Positions 37,664 to 45,736 of a DNA stretch of 64,000 bases are shown piece after piece. Every line of letters starts with the position of its first letter. Within the stretch, counting starts at the first letter, position 1. The notes beneath the pieces were generated by a model, which had not been told where the DNA came from, did no database searches, and worked only from the letters and a program-made list of their open reading frames with translations. The stretch covers positions 21,082 to 85,081 of IMG/VR virus record IMGVR_UViG_2767802041_000001; one strand, given 5' to 3'. Made by a program: the position numbers and the translations under genes. Source of the DNA: a virus (lineage: Duplodnaviria > Caudoviricetes).

Positions 37664-37926
37664 TGCTTTGATCCCGGCTTCTCGTCCCAGTAGCCGTTGT
37701 CCACTCCGGTCTTCAAGTACCGCATGGCATGGTCGATGGAGGCCGAAGGGTCTAGGGCTGCATGAAGAATCTCGCTGAACTCCTGGTGGGCGGCGGCGTC
37801 TGCCGGGTTGAGCCCCCGTCGGCACTTGCGGTCCCAGTAGTCGCTCTCGACCATGATTCGGTCTTGGAGTTCAGCACGGGTCAGGCTGTCCAGGTCGGCA
37901 CGGGTGAGTCGCTTGAAGGCGGGCAT
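37660..37926 (-). CDS. hypothetical protein coupled to the recombinase
   Basis: AAGGAG RBS; GTGA overlap. Confidence 0.6.
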   Translation of the reverse strand: MPAFKRLTRADLDSLTRAELQDRIMVESDYWDRKCRRGLNPADAAAHQEFSEILHAALDPSASIDHAMRYLKTGVDNGYWDEKPGSKQ

Positions 37927-37947
37927 CTGGGGCTCCTTGACACGTCA

Positions 37948-37988
37948 CGTCTTACCTCGGATAAGGAGAGGTTATCCGAGGTGAGACG
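37948..37988. other. lox/dif-like recombination site
   Basis: CGTCTTACCTCGGATAA-GGAGAGG-TTATCCGAGGTGAGACG: 17-bp arms with 1 mismatch and a 7-bp asymmetric spacer. Confidence 0.65.
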
Positions 37989-38153
37989 CAGCGTTCCGCC
38001 CGGCACGATCAAGCAGAGGTGGCCGCCACTTCTGCTCTGTACGCGATCCTAAGGATCAGGCCGGATACAGGCCGAGACGCTGGAGCAGCACCGTGACCCC
38101 GTAGATCACGACGGATCCCGCGACCTAGACCGCCACGGCGAGCACCCGGTATT

Positions 38154-38522
38154 TCACTGGAAGATTCGGACCACGCCTCGACGGTGCGCTTCCATCGCAT
38201 CCACGGTCATCTCGTGGACGGCGACGTTGATCCCGCCCGGCAGAGCAGCCGTTCCCGGGGAGACGGTCACATTGGGCATGTAAACGTTGACGCGCGACAG
38301 GCTCTCGACCAGTCCACCGAGCGGACCCGCCTTCAACCGGAGGAGTCGCTCGGCGCACTCGCGGCAGGACGGCATCCTGTTTTGCTTGCGGGTGCAGACG
38401 TACTGGCCGCCGCTTCGAGGGTGGGCGTGGTCACGGTGGCCGCAGCGCGGGCAATCACTGCCGTGCCGACGGGTCACCTGGCGCAGGGCGCGGTCAGCGT
38501 TCGGGTAGGGGCGGTGACTCAT
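38154..38522 (-). CDS. Zn-binding hypothetical protein
   Basis: AGGAGG RBS; MSHRPYPNADRAL; CPRC..H..C..CREC. Confidence 0.6.
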   Translation of the reverse strand: MSHRPYPNADRALRQVTRRHGSDCPRCGHRDHAHPRSGGQYVCTRKQNRMPSCRECAERLLRLKAGPLGGLVESLSRVNVYMPNVTVSPGTAALPGGINVAVHEMTVDAMEAHRRGVVRIFQ

Positions 38523-38781
38523 CGCGACCTCCTGGTGGGCGTACTGCCGATCGTAGCGACGAACCGGCGCAGGCTTCCCCCCGCTCGGTCACGGGTGCAG
38601 CAGCCGGGACAGTGGCGTCGGCCGGGCCCCGGGTTCGTGCGGGCGTTCCGGCGGGTCGGGTGGTTCGCCGGGGTGCGCGGTGTCGTCGGGGCCGGCCGCC
38701 TCGACCTCGCGCCGGTTCGGGTCGGTGCTCATGGTTCAAGGGTGCGCTTGGTGAGGCAAGTTGCTGCCCCTGGGTAGACAG

Positions 38782-38823
38782 TTCAACGCGTCCGTTGACT
38801 TTTCAATGGGTGCGTTGAATAAT
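38782..38823 (+). promoter_or_regulatory. promoter with overlapping imperfect inverted repeat
   Basis: TTGACT-17bp-AATAAT ending 6 nt before ATG 38830 (leaderless); TTCAACGC..TTGA/TCAA..GCGTTGAA symmetry. Confidence 0.65.
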
Positions 38824-38829
38824 GGGGTC

Positions 38830-39633
38830 ATGGAAGCCACCCGTGACACCATCGCCGCCACGCACCGTCGCATCGCCCGCGTCACCAACGCCCTGCTCGC
38901 GGAGCTCCCGCCGGAAGCCGTCAGCGGCACCATCGCCTTCGGCAAGCCCGCCGGTACCCGAGTGATGCTCAACGAGGACCTGACTGCCGCAGACATCCTC
39001 AACAAGTCCCGAATGCACGACGAAGGCGGCTTCGCGGACCCCCACTGGGTACTCCAGGGCGTCCACCCCGAGCTGTGGAACGGCCGCAAGCCCACCCGTG
39101 ACACTCAGGTCCGAACGACCGAGACCGATCAGACCATCCCCGCCCCTGCCCGCCAAGCTCTGTCTGCCGCAACCTCCTTCGGGGCGGCCTTGCTCAACTG
39201 GAGAAAGGCGTCTCCCGGAAGCCACCACCCTGATGAGGTTCGCGAGCGAGCCGCAGGCCGCGTTGCGCTGCACCTTGCCGACGCCAACGCAATCCTGGAC
39301 ATCCTGGAGCCCGAGTTGGGTCTGACGGAGCCTGCCGAGCAGGGCCCCGACCAGCTCCCCTCCGTAGCAGCCCTGGCCGCCCTGCCGCCGATCACTCGGG
39401 CTATCGCCGCCATCCGCGCCCGTGACACGGCAGACCGCAGCAGGACGGTTTACGCGGACGTACTGGGGGAGGCCCTGGCGGAGCTCAAGCAGACCCACGG
39501 ACGTGGCTGGACGACCCACGCGGCCAACGCTTTGGGTATGAAACCGTCGTCCGCCGATGAGGCGCTGCGCCGTTACCAGCGACGCTTGAACACGGCCCAT
39601 ACCCCGAACCAGAACCCCACCACCGAGCAGTGA
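38830..39633 (+). CDS. hypothetical protein with C-terminal HTH; first gene of the cassette operon
   Basis: GWTTHAANALGMKPSSADEALRRY; ends in TTEQ. Confidence 0.65.
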   Translation: MEATRDTIAATHRRIARVTNALLAELPPEAVSGTIAFGKPAGTRVMLNEDLTAADILNKSRMHDEGGFADPHWVLQGVHPELWNGRKPTRDTQVRTTETDQTIPAPARQALSAATSFGAALLNWRKASPGSHHPDEVRERAAGRVALHLADANAILDILEPELGLTEPAEQGPDQLPSVAALAALPPITRAIAAIRARDTADRSRTVYADVLGEALAELKQTHGRGWTTHAANALGMKPSSADEALRRYQRRLNTAHTPNQNPTTEQ

Positions 39634-39644
39634 GGACCACGACC

Positions 39645-39842
39645 ATGAACGACCGGCTCGAATCCCGGCCGGGAGGCCACCCGCACCTGGACACGATCCT
39701 GGCCCACGGCGAGAGCCCCCGCCACCTCCTGATGGACCACCTGTGCCGCCCGGCCCGCCTCGACCGGGCACTCACCGAGACCTACGCGCGGCAGCTCATC
39801 AACGCCGTGATCACCGAAGCGAACCCCCAGACCGGGCAGTGA
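39645..39842 (+). CDS. cassette gene 1 (65 aa)
   Basis: Starts at the ATG of repeat 1 and stops at the TGA of repeat 2. Confidence 0.75.
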   Translation: MNDRLESRPGGHPHLDTILAHGESPRHLLMDHLCRPARLDRALTETYARQLINAVITEANPQTGQ

Positions 39843-39853
39843 GGACCACGATC

Positions 39854-40114
39854 ATGGCGAAGGTAACCGCCCGCGACGCCCTGTCCTACTCGCTCAAGCG
39901 AGATCAAGCCCAGTTCGCCGAAGAGGCCGAGCGGCTGGCCAAGCAGGCCGCGCACATCGCCGCGAACCCGCCCACTGACGGCCGATCCGTTTCCGGCGAC
40001 ATCACCCGCCTCATGCAGGAGGCCGCCTTCCTCCTCAAGCGGGCCGTCACCATCGAAGCCGGGCTCGAAGCCGTCGGGCTGATGGGTGTCGAGACCGCCA
40101 CCACCGCACAGTGA
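39854..40114 (+). CDS. cassette gene 2 (86 aa, helical)
   Basis: MAKVTARDAL...TATTAQ between repeats 2 and 3. Confidence 0.8.
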   Translation: MAKVTARDALSYSLKRDQAQFAEEAERLAKQAAHIAANPPTDGRSVSGDITRLMQEAAFLLKRAVTIEAGLEAVGLMGVETATTAQ

Positions 40115-40125
40115 GGACCACGACC

Positions 40126-40287
40126 ATGGAGTACGAGCCGAGCGCGGACGAAGAGGTCTGCGGCGACACCTACGACCACGACGTCGTCATCGACCACGAG
40201 AGCAAGGACGGCATCCAGTGGCACTGCGCCCGACCCGGGTGCGGAGTTGAAGTCTGGGACCCGGCGCCCATCACCACCGAGCAGTGA
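40126..40287 (+). CDS. cassette gene 3 (53 aa, acidic, Cys/His)
   Basis: MEYEPSADEEVCGDTYDHD...HCARPGC...ITTEQ; absent from the ORF track. Confidence 0.75.
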   Translation: MEYEPSADEEVCGDTYDHDVVIDHESKDGIQWHCARPGCGVEVWDPAPITTEQ

Positions 40288-40298
40288 GGACCGCGACC

Positions 40299-40457
40299 AT
40301 GGCAACCTACATCCTTTGCATTGAGACCGACGGCGATGTCAATCCGGCCCAGCTCCGAGCCGACCTAGAGAACGCGGCCGAGGTAGGAGACCTCTCGGTC
40401 GGCCTGAAGGTCACCGCCGTAGCGGCAGTCGAGCCTTCGGCCACCACCGAGCAGTGA
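40299..40457 (+). CDS. cassette gene 4 (52 aa, acidic)
   Basis: MATYILCIETDGDVNPAQLRADLE...SATTEQ; absent from the ORF track. Confidence 0.75.
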   Translation: MATYILCIETDGDVNPAQLRADLENAAEVGDLSVGLKVTAVAAVEPSATTEQ

Positions 40458-40468
40458 GGAGTACGACT

Positions 40469-40642
40469 ATGACCCGCGAGGAGTACGAGGAGCAGTACCG
40501 CCGCCTAGAAGCCGACGCGGCGGACGCCAAGAAGACCCTGAACCGCGCTCGCGCCACGTACGACGGCATCTGCGAGGAACTGCGGAACCTGCGCATCGAC
40601 TGGACCGAGCAGCAGCGCCGTCAGACCACTACCGAGCAGTGA
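40469..40642 (+). CDS. cassette gene 5 (57 aa, coiled coil)
   Basis: MTREEYEEQYRRLE...QTTTEQ. Confidence 0.75.
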   Translation: MTREEYEEQYRRLEADAADAKKTLNRARATYDGICEELRNLRIDWTEQQRRQTTTEQ

Positions 40643-40855
40643 GGACCACGGCGGCGGAACACGACTACGTGCCGGAGGGCACGCCACAGTGCCGCAGGTG
40701 TGCAGCCACCGAGCAGTAGCCCGCCAGCGCGACGCCCCGACCATTAGAGGTGGCCGCGGGCGGCGCCGTGTCAGCCTACGTGCTGCTGCTTGTCCGTCGA
40801 GACGACCCGAGGACGACAGTCCAGAGGGGGCCGGCAAGGATGGAGAGACGTGCAA

Positions 40856-40901
40856 GATCCGGTTATTTAAGTCGCAAAACTATAGGACAACACCGCAGGT
40901 C
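40856..40901 (+). repeat. 46-bp repeat, copy 2
   Basis: GATCCGGTTATTTAAGTCGCAAAACTATAGGACAACACCGCAGGTC. Confidence 0.9.
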
Positions 40902-40923
40902 AAAAGCCTGGACGCCAGACTTG

Positions 40924-42210
40924 TCATGCCACCCTCGTCAACCTGAGCCACGACCCGGCACGCAACACCGTTGCCGTAGCCATCGCCGCGTTCTGCGCCC
41001 ACTGCACAGTGATCGCCCCGGACGCACCCGCAGTGATCGTGCCAAGCGGAGTAACGATCAGCCCGGCAGCAGTGATGCCGACCCCAATAGCCACACCAGG
41101 GTCGTACCGAGTCAGCCGCAACGACCCCGTGCCGTCCGAAACGCCCAGCGTGATCCCGGCCGGAGCCCAATGCCCAGTAGAGCCGGGCGGCGCAGACAGA
41201 GTCAGCAGCAGGTCGCCCGCCGGGTCCCCCGAGACAACCAGGCACGCGTCTATGGCGTACCGGCCGCCAGCGGTAACGGGGAGGGTGAGGTGGTCGTCGT
41301 CCTGGAGGACGGTAGACGAGGTGACGGACTCGTCAGCGGCCTTGTCGACCGTGCGGATGACGCCGACGACGTCACCTGTCGGCGGGACGCCAGCAGGGCC
41401 CTGCGGTCCTTGCGGCCCGGTAGCTCCCGTATCGCCCTTCGGGCCGGCGGGTCCCGTTGCACCAGTGGCTCCAGTGTCGCCCTTGGGGCCGGCGGGTCCC
41501 GTTGCACCAGTGGCTCCAGTGTCGCCCTTGGGGCCGGCCGGGCCGACCGCTCCCGTGGCCCCGGCCGCACCGGTAGCGCCGGTGTCGCCCTTCGGCCCGG
41601 CGGGGCCTTGAGGGCCTGTGTCTCCCGTGTCGCCCTTGGCTCCATCCGGGCCGGTTGCACCGGTTGCTCCGGTGGGTCCGGGGTCTCCCTGCGGGCCTGG
41701 CACCCCCTGCGGGCCCTCCGGCCCGGTCGCCCCGTCGGCTCCCGGCGCCCCATCGGCTCCGGCAGCGCCCGGGTGGCCTTGTGGGCCAGGGTCGCCTGCC
41801 GGGCCTGTCGCGCCGGGCGGTCCTGCTGGGCCCTCGGGGCCCGGCACGTACACGATGGTGCTACCCCCGGTCGGGGCCTCCCCCAGATCGACCCGCAGAT
41901 CCCCCACCCAGTGCGGGCCGCCGGTCTCCGGCACCAGGATGTACGTCATCACCGGCATGCCGTCGTACGAGCGGCCCTCCATCACCGCCCACACCGTGTC
42001 CCCGGCGTCCGCCTGGACCTGCGCGTTCGGGATCAGGTCCGCGGACCAGGTGCCGTCCTCCTGCGGCTTCACCAGGACGGGGCGGACGACCTCGGCCTCT
42101 TCCCCGCCGGCGTACCCGATCGCCCGGGCGCCGGTGACGTCGACCAGCTCGATCTCGATCCGGGTCTGCGACGGCACCCCGCCGAACAGCTTGCCCGTGA
42201 CGGTGGCCAT
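40924..42210 (-). CDS. collagen-like tail fibre/minor structural protein
   Basis: Long Gly-X-Y run ([15 protein letters not shown]); C-terminal ...[14 protein letters not shown]. Confidence 0.85.
   Translation of the reverse strand: MATVTGKLFGGVPSQTRIEIELVDVTGARAIGYAGGEEAEVVRPVLVKPQEDGTWSADLIPNAQVQADAGDTVWAVMEGRSYDGMPVMTYILVPETGGPHWVGDLRVDLGEAPTGGSTIVYVPGPEGPAGPPGATGPAGDPGPQGHPGAAGADGAPGADGATGPEGPQGVPGPQGDPGPTGATGATGPDGAKGDTGDTGPQGPAGPKGDTGATGAAGATGAVGPAGPKGDTGATGATGPAGPKGDTGATGATGPAGPKGDTGATGPQGPQGPAGVPPTGDVVGVIRTVDKAADESVTSSTVLQDDDHLTLPVTAGGRYAIDACLVVSGDPAGDLLLTLSAPPGSTGHWAPAGITLGVSDGTGSLRLTRYDPGVAIGVGITAAGLIVTPLGTITAGASGAITVQWAQNAAMATATVLRAGSWLRLTRVA
41441..41530. repeat. two identical 45-bp tandem units in the collagen region
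   Basis: 41441-41485 is identical to 41486-41530. Confidence 0.85.
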
Positions 42211-42590
42211 CAGATGCTCCAGGTGATGAGGTCGGTGGGCACCGAAACGGGCTCCTGGCCACACGTGCACGCACGTAGCCGCTGATTCGCCGAGCGCACC
42301 ACCATCAGTGCGGACCGGAGTTTCTCCTCCCGGTCGTCCCGCTCGGACCGGAGCTTGTCGACGTCGTGCTTGAGCTGCCCGATCTCCTCGCGTAGCCCGT
42401 TGATCTGCGCCTGCAAGGCGTCCCGTATCTCCTTGAACGCCTCACGGTCCTGCTGCCGCTCACTCGCCGCGTTCTGCGGCGCCGCCTGTTCACGGGCCGC
42501 GATCCGCGAGTTCCGCGACGCGTACAGGGTTCCCGCGAGGCTGATGAGGGCGATTGCTGCCGTGCCAACGGCGGTCCACGCGTTACCCAT
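42210..42590 (-). CDS. TM plus coiled-coil lysis-cassette protein
   Basis: N-terminal TM helix, heptads, position after holin. Confidence 0.7.
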   Translation of the reverse strand: MGNAWTAVGTAAIALISLAGTLYASRNSRIAAREQAAPQNAASERQQDREAFKEIRDALQAQINGLREEIGQLKHDVDKLRSERDDREEKLRSALMVVRSANQRLRACTCGQEPVSVPTDLITWSI

Positions 42591-43039
42591 TACGCTGATC
42601 CATTCTCCGGGCGGCGCACCGGTGGCTCAGGCCACCCGGATACGACGATCAACCGCAGTGCGGCAAATGCCCAGGTGGCAGCGTTCACCCAGGCGGAGGG
42701 AAAGTCGCCGTCGATGATCGCGCCGATGTAGGCGCACGACCACAGCAATGTCGGTAGGACCGCAGCAGCAAATCCGTACCGGTCACGTCCTGTGCGGGCC
42801 AGAGCGAAGGCGATCGCCGTGAGTCCGCAGACCACCCACAGCGCACCCCAAACCCACATGGGAGCTATCTGGCGCAGGAGAACCATGCCGCGAACCGTGT
42901 TGGGGCTGGGCTCCGTCATGAAGCTCAGACCCAGCATCGTCCACGCCATGCCGGCGCACGCCAGGTATGCACCGCGGCGGCCCAGCCTGTTGTCGAGCCG
43001 CTTCAGCACCCGGCAGGGCAGGAAGGCCGCCGCGCGCAT
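42590..43039 (-). CDS. four-TM membrane protein (lysis cassette)
   Basis: LGRRGAYL...WGALWVVCG; hydrophobic helices. Confidence 0.7.
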   Translation of the reverse strand: MRAAAFLPCRVLKRLDNRLGRRGAYLACAGMAWTMLGLSFMTEPSPNTVRGMVLLRQIAPMWVWGALWVVCGLTAIAFALARTGRDRYGFAAAVLPTLLWSCAYIGAIIDGDFPSAWVNAATWAFAALRLIVVSGWPEPPVRRPENGSA

Positions 43040-43359
43040 CAGGCGCCTACCGCCGTGCCGTTCTTCGCTCCGACGTCCTGGGCTCGGCCCGCGACTCCGG
43101 TGGGCTTCCATAGACCGAAGTGGGTCAGCACGCCGGTGGCGAAGCTGACTGCCCACAGGACTACGGCGGAGCCGACCTGGTAGTCGTCGCCGGGGTTGGC
43201 CAGTTCGACGAGGAACCCGTTCAGGGCGGTGAGGAAGAGTAGGAGAACGGCCTTGGTGCCGGGCTTGGTGACGCGGGTGGTGACGAGACCGACGAGGACG
43301 GGCAGGACGACGCTGATCGCGAGGCCGAGCCAGTACGCGGTGTCGAGGTTGGGCTGCAT
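43039..43359 (-). CDS. holin
   Basis: VLPVLVGLVT...HFGLWKP; three TM helices; follows the endolysin. Confidence 0.75.
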   Translation of the reverse strand: MQPNLDTAYWLGLAISVVLPVLVGLVTTRVTKPGTKAVLLLFLTALNGFLVELANPGDDYQVGSAVVLWAVSFATGVLTHFGLWKPTGVAGRAQDVGAKNGTAVGA

Positions 43360-43395
43360 GGTGAATTCCTAAGTGAGGAGGCGGTTAGGAGGTGG

Positions 43396-44322
43396 TCAGG
43401 CGGTGACGGTGAACCCGTACTTCTTGCCGAGTCGGGTGAGGGAGTCCTTGCCGGGGATGCCGTCGGCGGCCTTCCCGGTGTAGCTGCCGCCAGCCTTGGA
43501 CTTCTGCCAGCGGGAGTAGGCGGCGACGGTGGTGGTGCCGAAGTGGCCGTCGGAGTACGGCTTGGCGAGGAGCCCGGCGTCGACCAGGGCGGTCTCGACG
43601 ATGCGGACCCCGGCGTAGGTGACGGGGGTGCCCTTGGCGGCCGGGTTGGAGCGCGCGGCCGCGATGAGCTTCGACAGGTCGACGACGGGGGCCTTGGGCG
43701 GGGCAGGCTTGGTCGGGGTCGTGGCGGGCTTGCCGCCGAGGCGCTTGGTGATGCGGGCCTGCATGGCGGCCCAGTCGACGCCTCGGGGGTCGACCTTCCC
43801 GGGCTGCCAGTCGAGGTGCCGGAGGACGGATCGCACGGACCAGCCGTGTACGCGACAGAGGGCTGCGGCGGCCTTCTCGATGGCGAGGAGCTGAGCCTCG
43901 GGCCAGGGGTCCTTGCCGTCACCGAGGTTGACGCACTCGAAGCCATAGAAGTGCCGGTTGCCGTCGGTGTTCGCCTCGTTGTCCGCCGGGAGCGGCTTCT
44001 CGTCGATGATGGCGCGGAGGACGTCGTCGTCGCCGAGCCCAGCGTGGTTGGCCCGCCCGTTCCCGACGAGGTGGACGACCCCGGCCTTGTCGATGACGCC
44101 GTGGCAGAGCGGTCCGGGCAGGGCGGAGTGGCCGTTGTAGCAGAGCTCGACACTGTTGGCGGTGCCGCTGGTGACGGTGTGGTGGATCATCACGCCGTGC
44201 GTCGGCCCCCACGGTCCCTTGTGGTTCCGGTTGTTCGTCCGCCAACTGCGGTGCTCGACGACCGTGAGGCCTTCGTCACGGAGAGCCTTGAGCAGGCGGT
44301 CGGCGTTCAGTGGAGTAGCCAT
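43396..44322 (-). CDS. endolysin, N-acetylmuramoyl-L-alanine amidase with C-terminal PG-binding domain
   Basis: GVMIHHT...GPLCH...GRANHAG...YGFEC...GKVDP; DGHFG..T..AY..WQ...ADGIPG. Confidence 0.93.
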   Translation of the reverse strand: MATPLNADRLLKALRDEGLTVVEHRSWRTNNRNHKGPWGPTHGVMIHHTVTSGTANSVELCYNGHSALPGPLCHGVIDKAGVVHLVGNGRANHAGLGDDDVLRAIIDEKPLPADNEANTDGNRHFYGFECVNLGDGKDPWPEAQLLAIEKAAAALCRVHGWSVRSVLRHLDWQPGKVDPRGVDWAAMQARITKRLGGKPATTPTKPAPPKAPVVDLSKLIAAARSNPAAKGTPVTYAGVRIVETALVDAGLLAKPYSDGHFGTTTVAAYSRWQKSKAGGSYTGKAADGIPGKDSLTRLGKKYGFTVTA

Positions 44323-44324
44323 GG

Positions 44325-44717
44325 TCAGTTCTCTCTGGTCGGGGCGGGCGTGACGCGGGGCACCTGTAGCCGGTCCCATGCCACCTGGTCGGGGATGCCG
44401 GATACGTCGCCGCCCTCCCTGGGGCGCAGGGTGTGCTGGAACGCGGCGAAGGCCTTCCTGTGGCCGTTCGTCCAGTCCGCGCCAGCGGGCTGCGTGCTCG
44501 GCCAGTGCCCTTCCTGGACGAGGCGGCGGGCCATGGCCTGGACGATCGGGCTGTGCCGGCCGCCATGGAAGAAATGGGCGCCGGGGTACGGCTCGTGCAG
44601 GTCCTGCGGGGCCGGGGTTTCCGCTACGGGCGGGGTCGTTGACGCTTCCGGGGCGGGTTTCGCCTCAGGCGTGTTGGCCGGGTCGGCGGTGTCGTCGGGC
44701 TTGGTGAGACGGCTCAT
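44325..44717 (-). CDS. peptidoglycan-binding domain protein
   Basis: YPGAHFF..GRHSPIV..M..RL...FAAFQ...GIPD..W. Confidence 0.75.
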   Translation of the reverse strand: MSRLTKPDDTADPANTPEAKPAPEASTTPPVAETPAPQDLHEPYPGAHFFHGGRHSPIVQAMARRLVQEGHWPSTQPAGADWTNGHRKAFAAFQHTLRPREGGDVSGIPDQVAWDRLQVPRVTPAPTREN

Positions 44718-45541
44718 CGGGTGCTCCAGGAGTCAATGCGGGGCTGGATGACGTCGGCCTGGTCGCGGAGGGCCAGGTAGGTGGAGAGGCGGAGCCGGCC
44801 GTCGCCGTGGTCCCCCCAGGCGCTGCCCCAGGACTGGCGGAAGCGGAGGATCGAGTGCTCCGGCATGAGGGTGCCGTCGTCGAACGCGACGGCTTCGAGG
44901 GCGGTGACGCACACCTCGTGGCCGCCCTCCAGAGGCGAGTCCGCCCAGGCCGGGTCGGCGTCGATGAAGCCGTCCGGGTCCGGGCTGCTGAAAGCGGCGT
45001 GCCACGGCATCCCGAGGAGAAGCGGCCCGGTCTGCAGCAGCGTGCACAGTTCTTCGGCGGTGGTGGCGTGCCCGTACTGGTCGATCAGGCCCCGGTTGCG
45101 CAGGGCCTTGGCGACGCCGAGGCCGGACGAGCCGACGTCCTGGGTGGGCCACGTGTACTGGGACCACTGGTCGCAGGCGGTGGCATCCGCGTACAGGCCG
45201 ATCGCGAAGTGCTGTGCCATCGCCGCATCCGCGAGGTTGAGGGCGGCGGCGTGCGCCTGTTCGGGGGTGAGGAGGATGGAGAGGAGGGCGGTGGCCGCAT
45301 TGCCGGTGCACGACGCGAGCGCGTCGACATCCTGCTCGAGTCCGTAGGCGTCTGCGGTGTGGATGCCTTGGGCGATCAGGTTGCGCTGGTCGAGGACGGG
45401 CAGGCGGGGCTCCCACGCGGTCGCGCGCAGCGGCTGCCCGTCGTACGGGCGCCGGTAGGCCAGGCTCCGCGGGTCCAGGACCTGGTGGCGGCCGAGCCCG
45501 GGGGCTGGGTCGTATGTGCGGATCGTGAGATCGGTGGGCAC
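44714..45541 (-). CDS. papain-like (C1) cysteine peptidase
   Basis: LDQ...SCTGNA; GGHEV; RQSWGSAWG. Confidence 0.75.
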   Translation of the reverse strand: MPTDLTIRTYDPAPGLGRHQVLDPRSLAYRRPYDGQPLRATAWEPRLPVLDQRNLIAQGIHTADAYGLEQDVDALASCTGNAATALLSILLTPEQAHAAALNLADAAMAQHFAIGLYADATACDQWSQYTWPTQDVGSSGLGVAKALRNRGLIDQYGHATTAEELCTLLQTGPLLLGMPWHAAFSSPDPDGFIDADPAWADSPLEGGHEVCVTALEAVAFDDGTLMPEHSILRFRQSWGSAWGDHGDGRLRLSTYLALRDQADVIQPRIDSWSTR

Positions 45542-45667
45542 CGTGCCCGTGCTCCTGCACTCCCCGCGCCCAGAGCAAATGTGGTTGGCGTGCTGCGCCG
45601 GCCGGGGCCGGGTGGCAGTCCCTCGGGGGTGGTGCGGGGCGGAGGGTCGCCCTACAGGTCAGCGTAC

Positions 45668-45707
45668 GGGGTGGTGGGCCAGGGGTTGCCCCTGGTCCAC
45701 CACCCGC
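45668..45707 (-). terminator. stem-loop after the tail protein gene
   Basis: GGGTGGTGGGCCAGGGG-TTG-CCCCTGGTCCACCACCC. Confidence 0.55.
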
Positions 45708-45736
45708 GGATGGGGCTTGTCGGGGCCGCGCTCGGG

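Larger units (their letters stand above)
39619..40650 (+). repeat. array of six 29-bp direct repeats separating mini-genes
   Basis: ACCACCGAGCAGTGAGGACCACGACCATG consensus at 39619, 39828, 40100, 40273, 40443 and 40628. Confidence 0.92.

Noticed and set aside
39619-40650. CRISPR array interpretation of the 29-bp repeats
   Set aside because: Spacers are about 140-240 bp, vary in length and are exact ORFs; the repeats contain a stop, RBS and start; no cas genes are in the window.
35395-40650. Classical integron (IntI plus attC)
   Set aside because: The repeats are short, non-palindromic and lack RYYYAAC/GTTRRRY ends; the recombinase looks Cre-like rather than IntI-like.
41390-41850. Tandem repeats as a non-coding or regulatory array
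   Set aside because: Fully explained by Gly-X-Y collagen codons.
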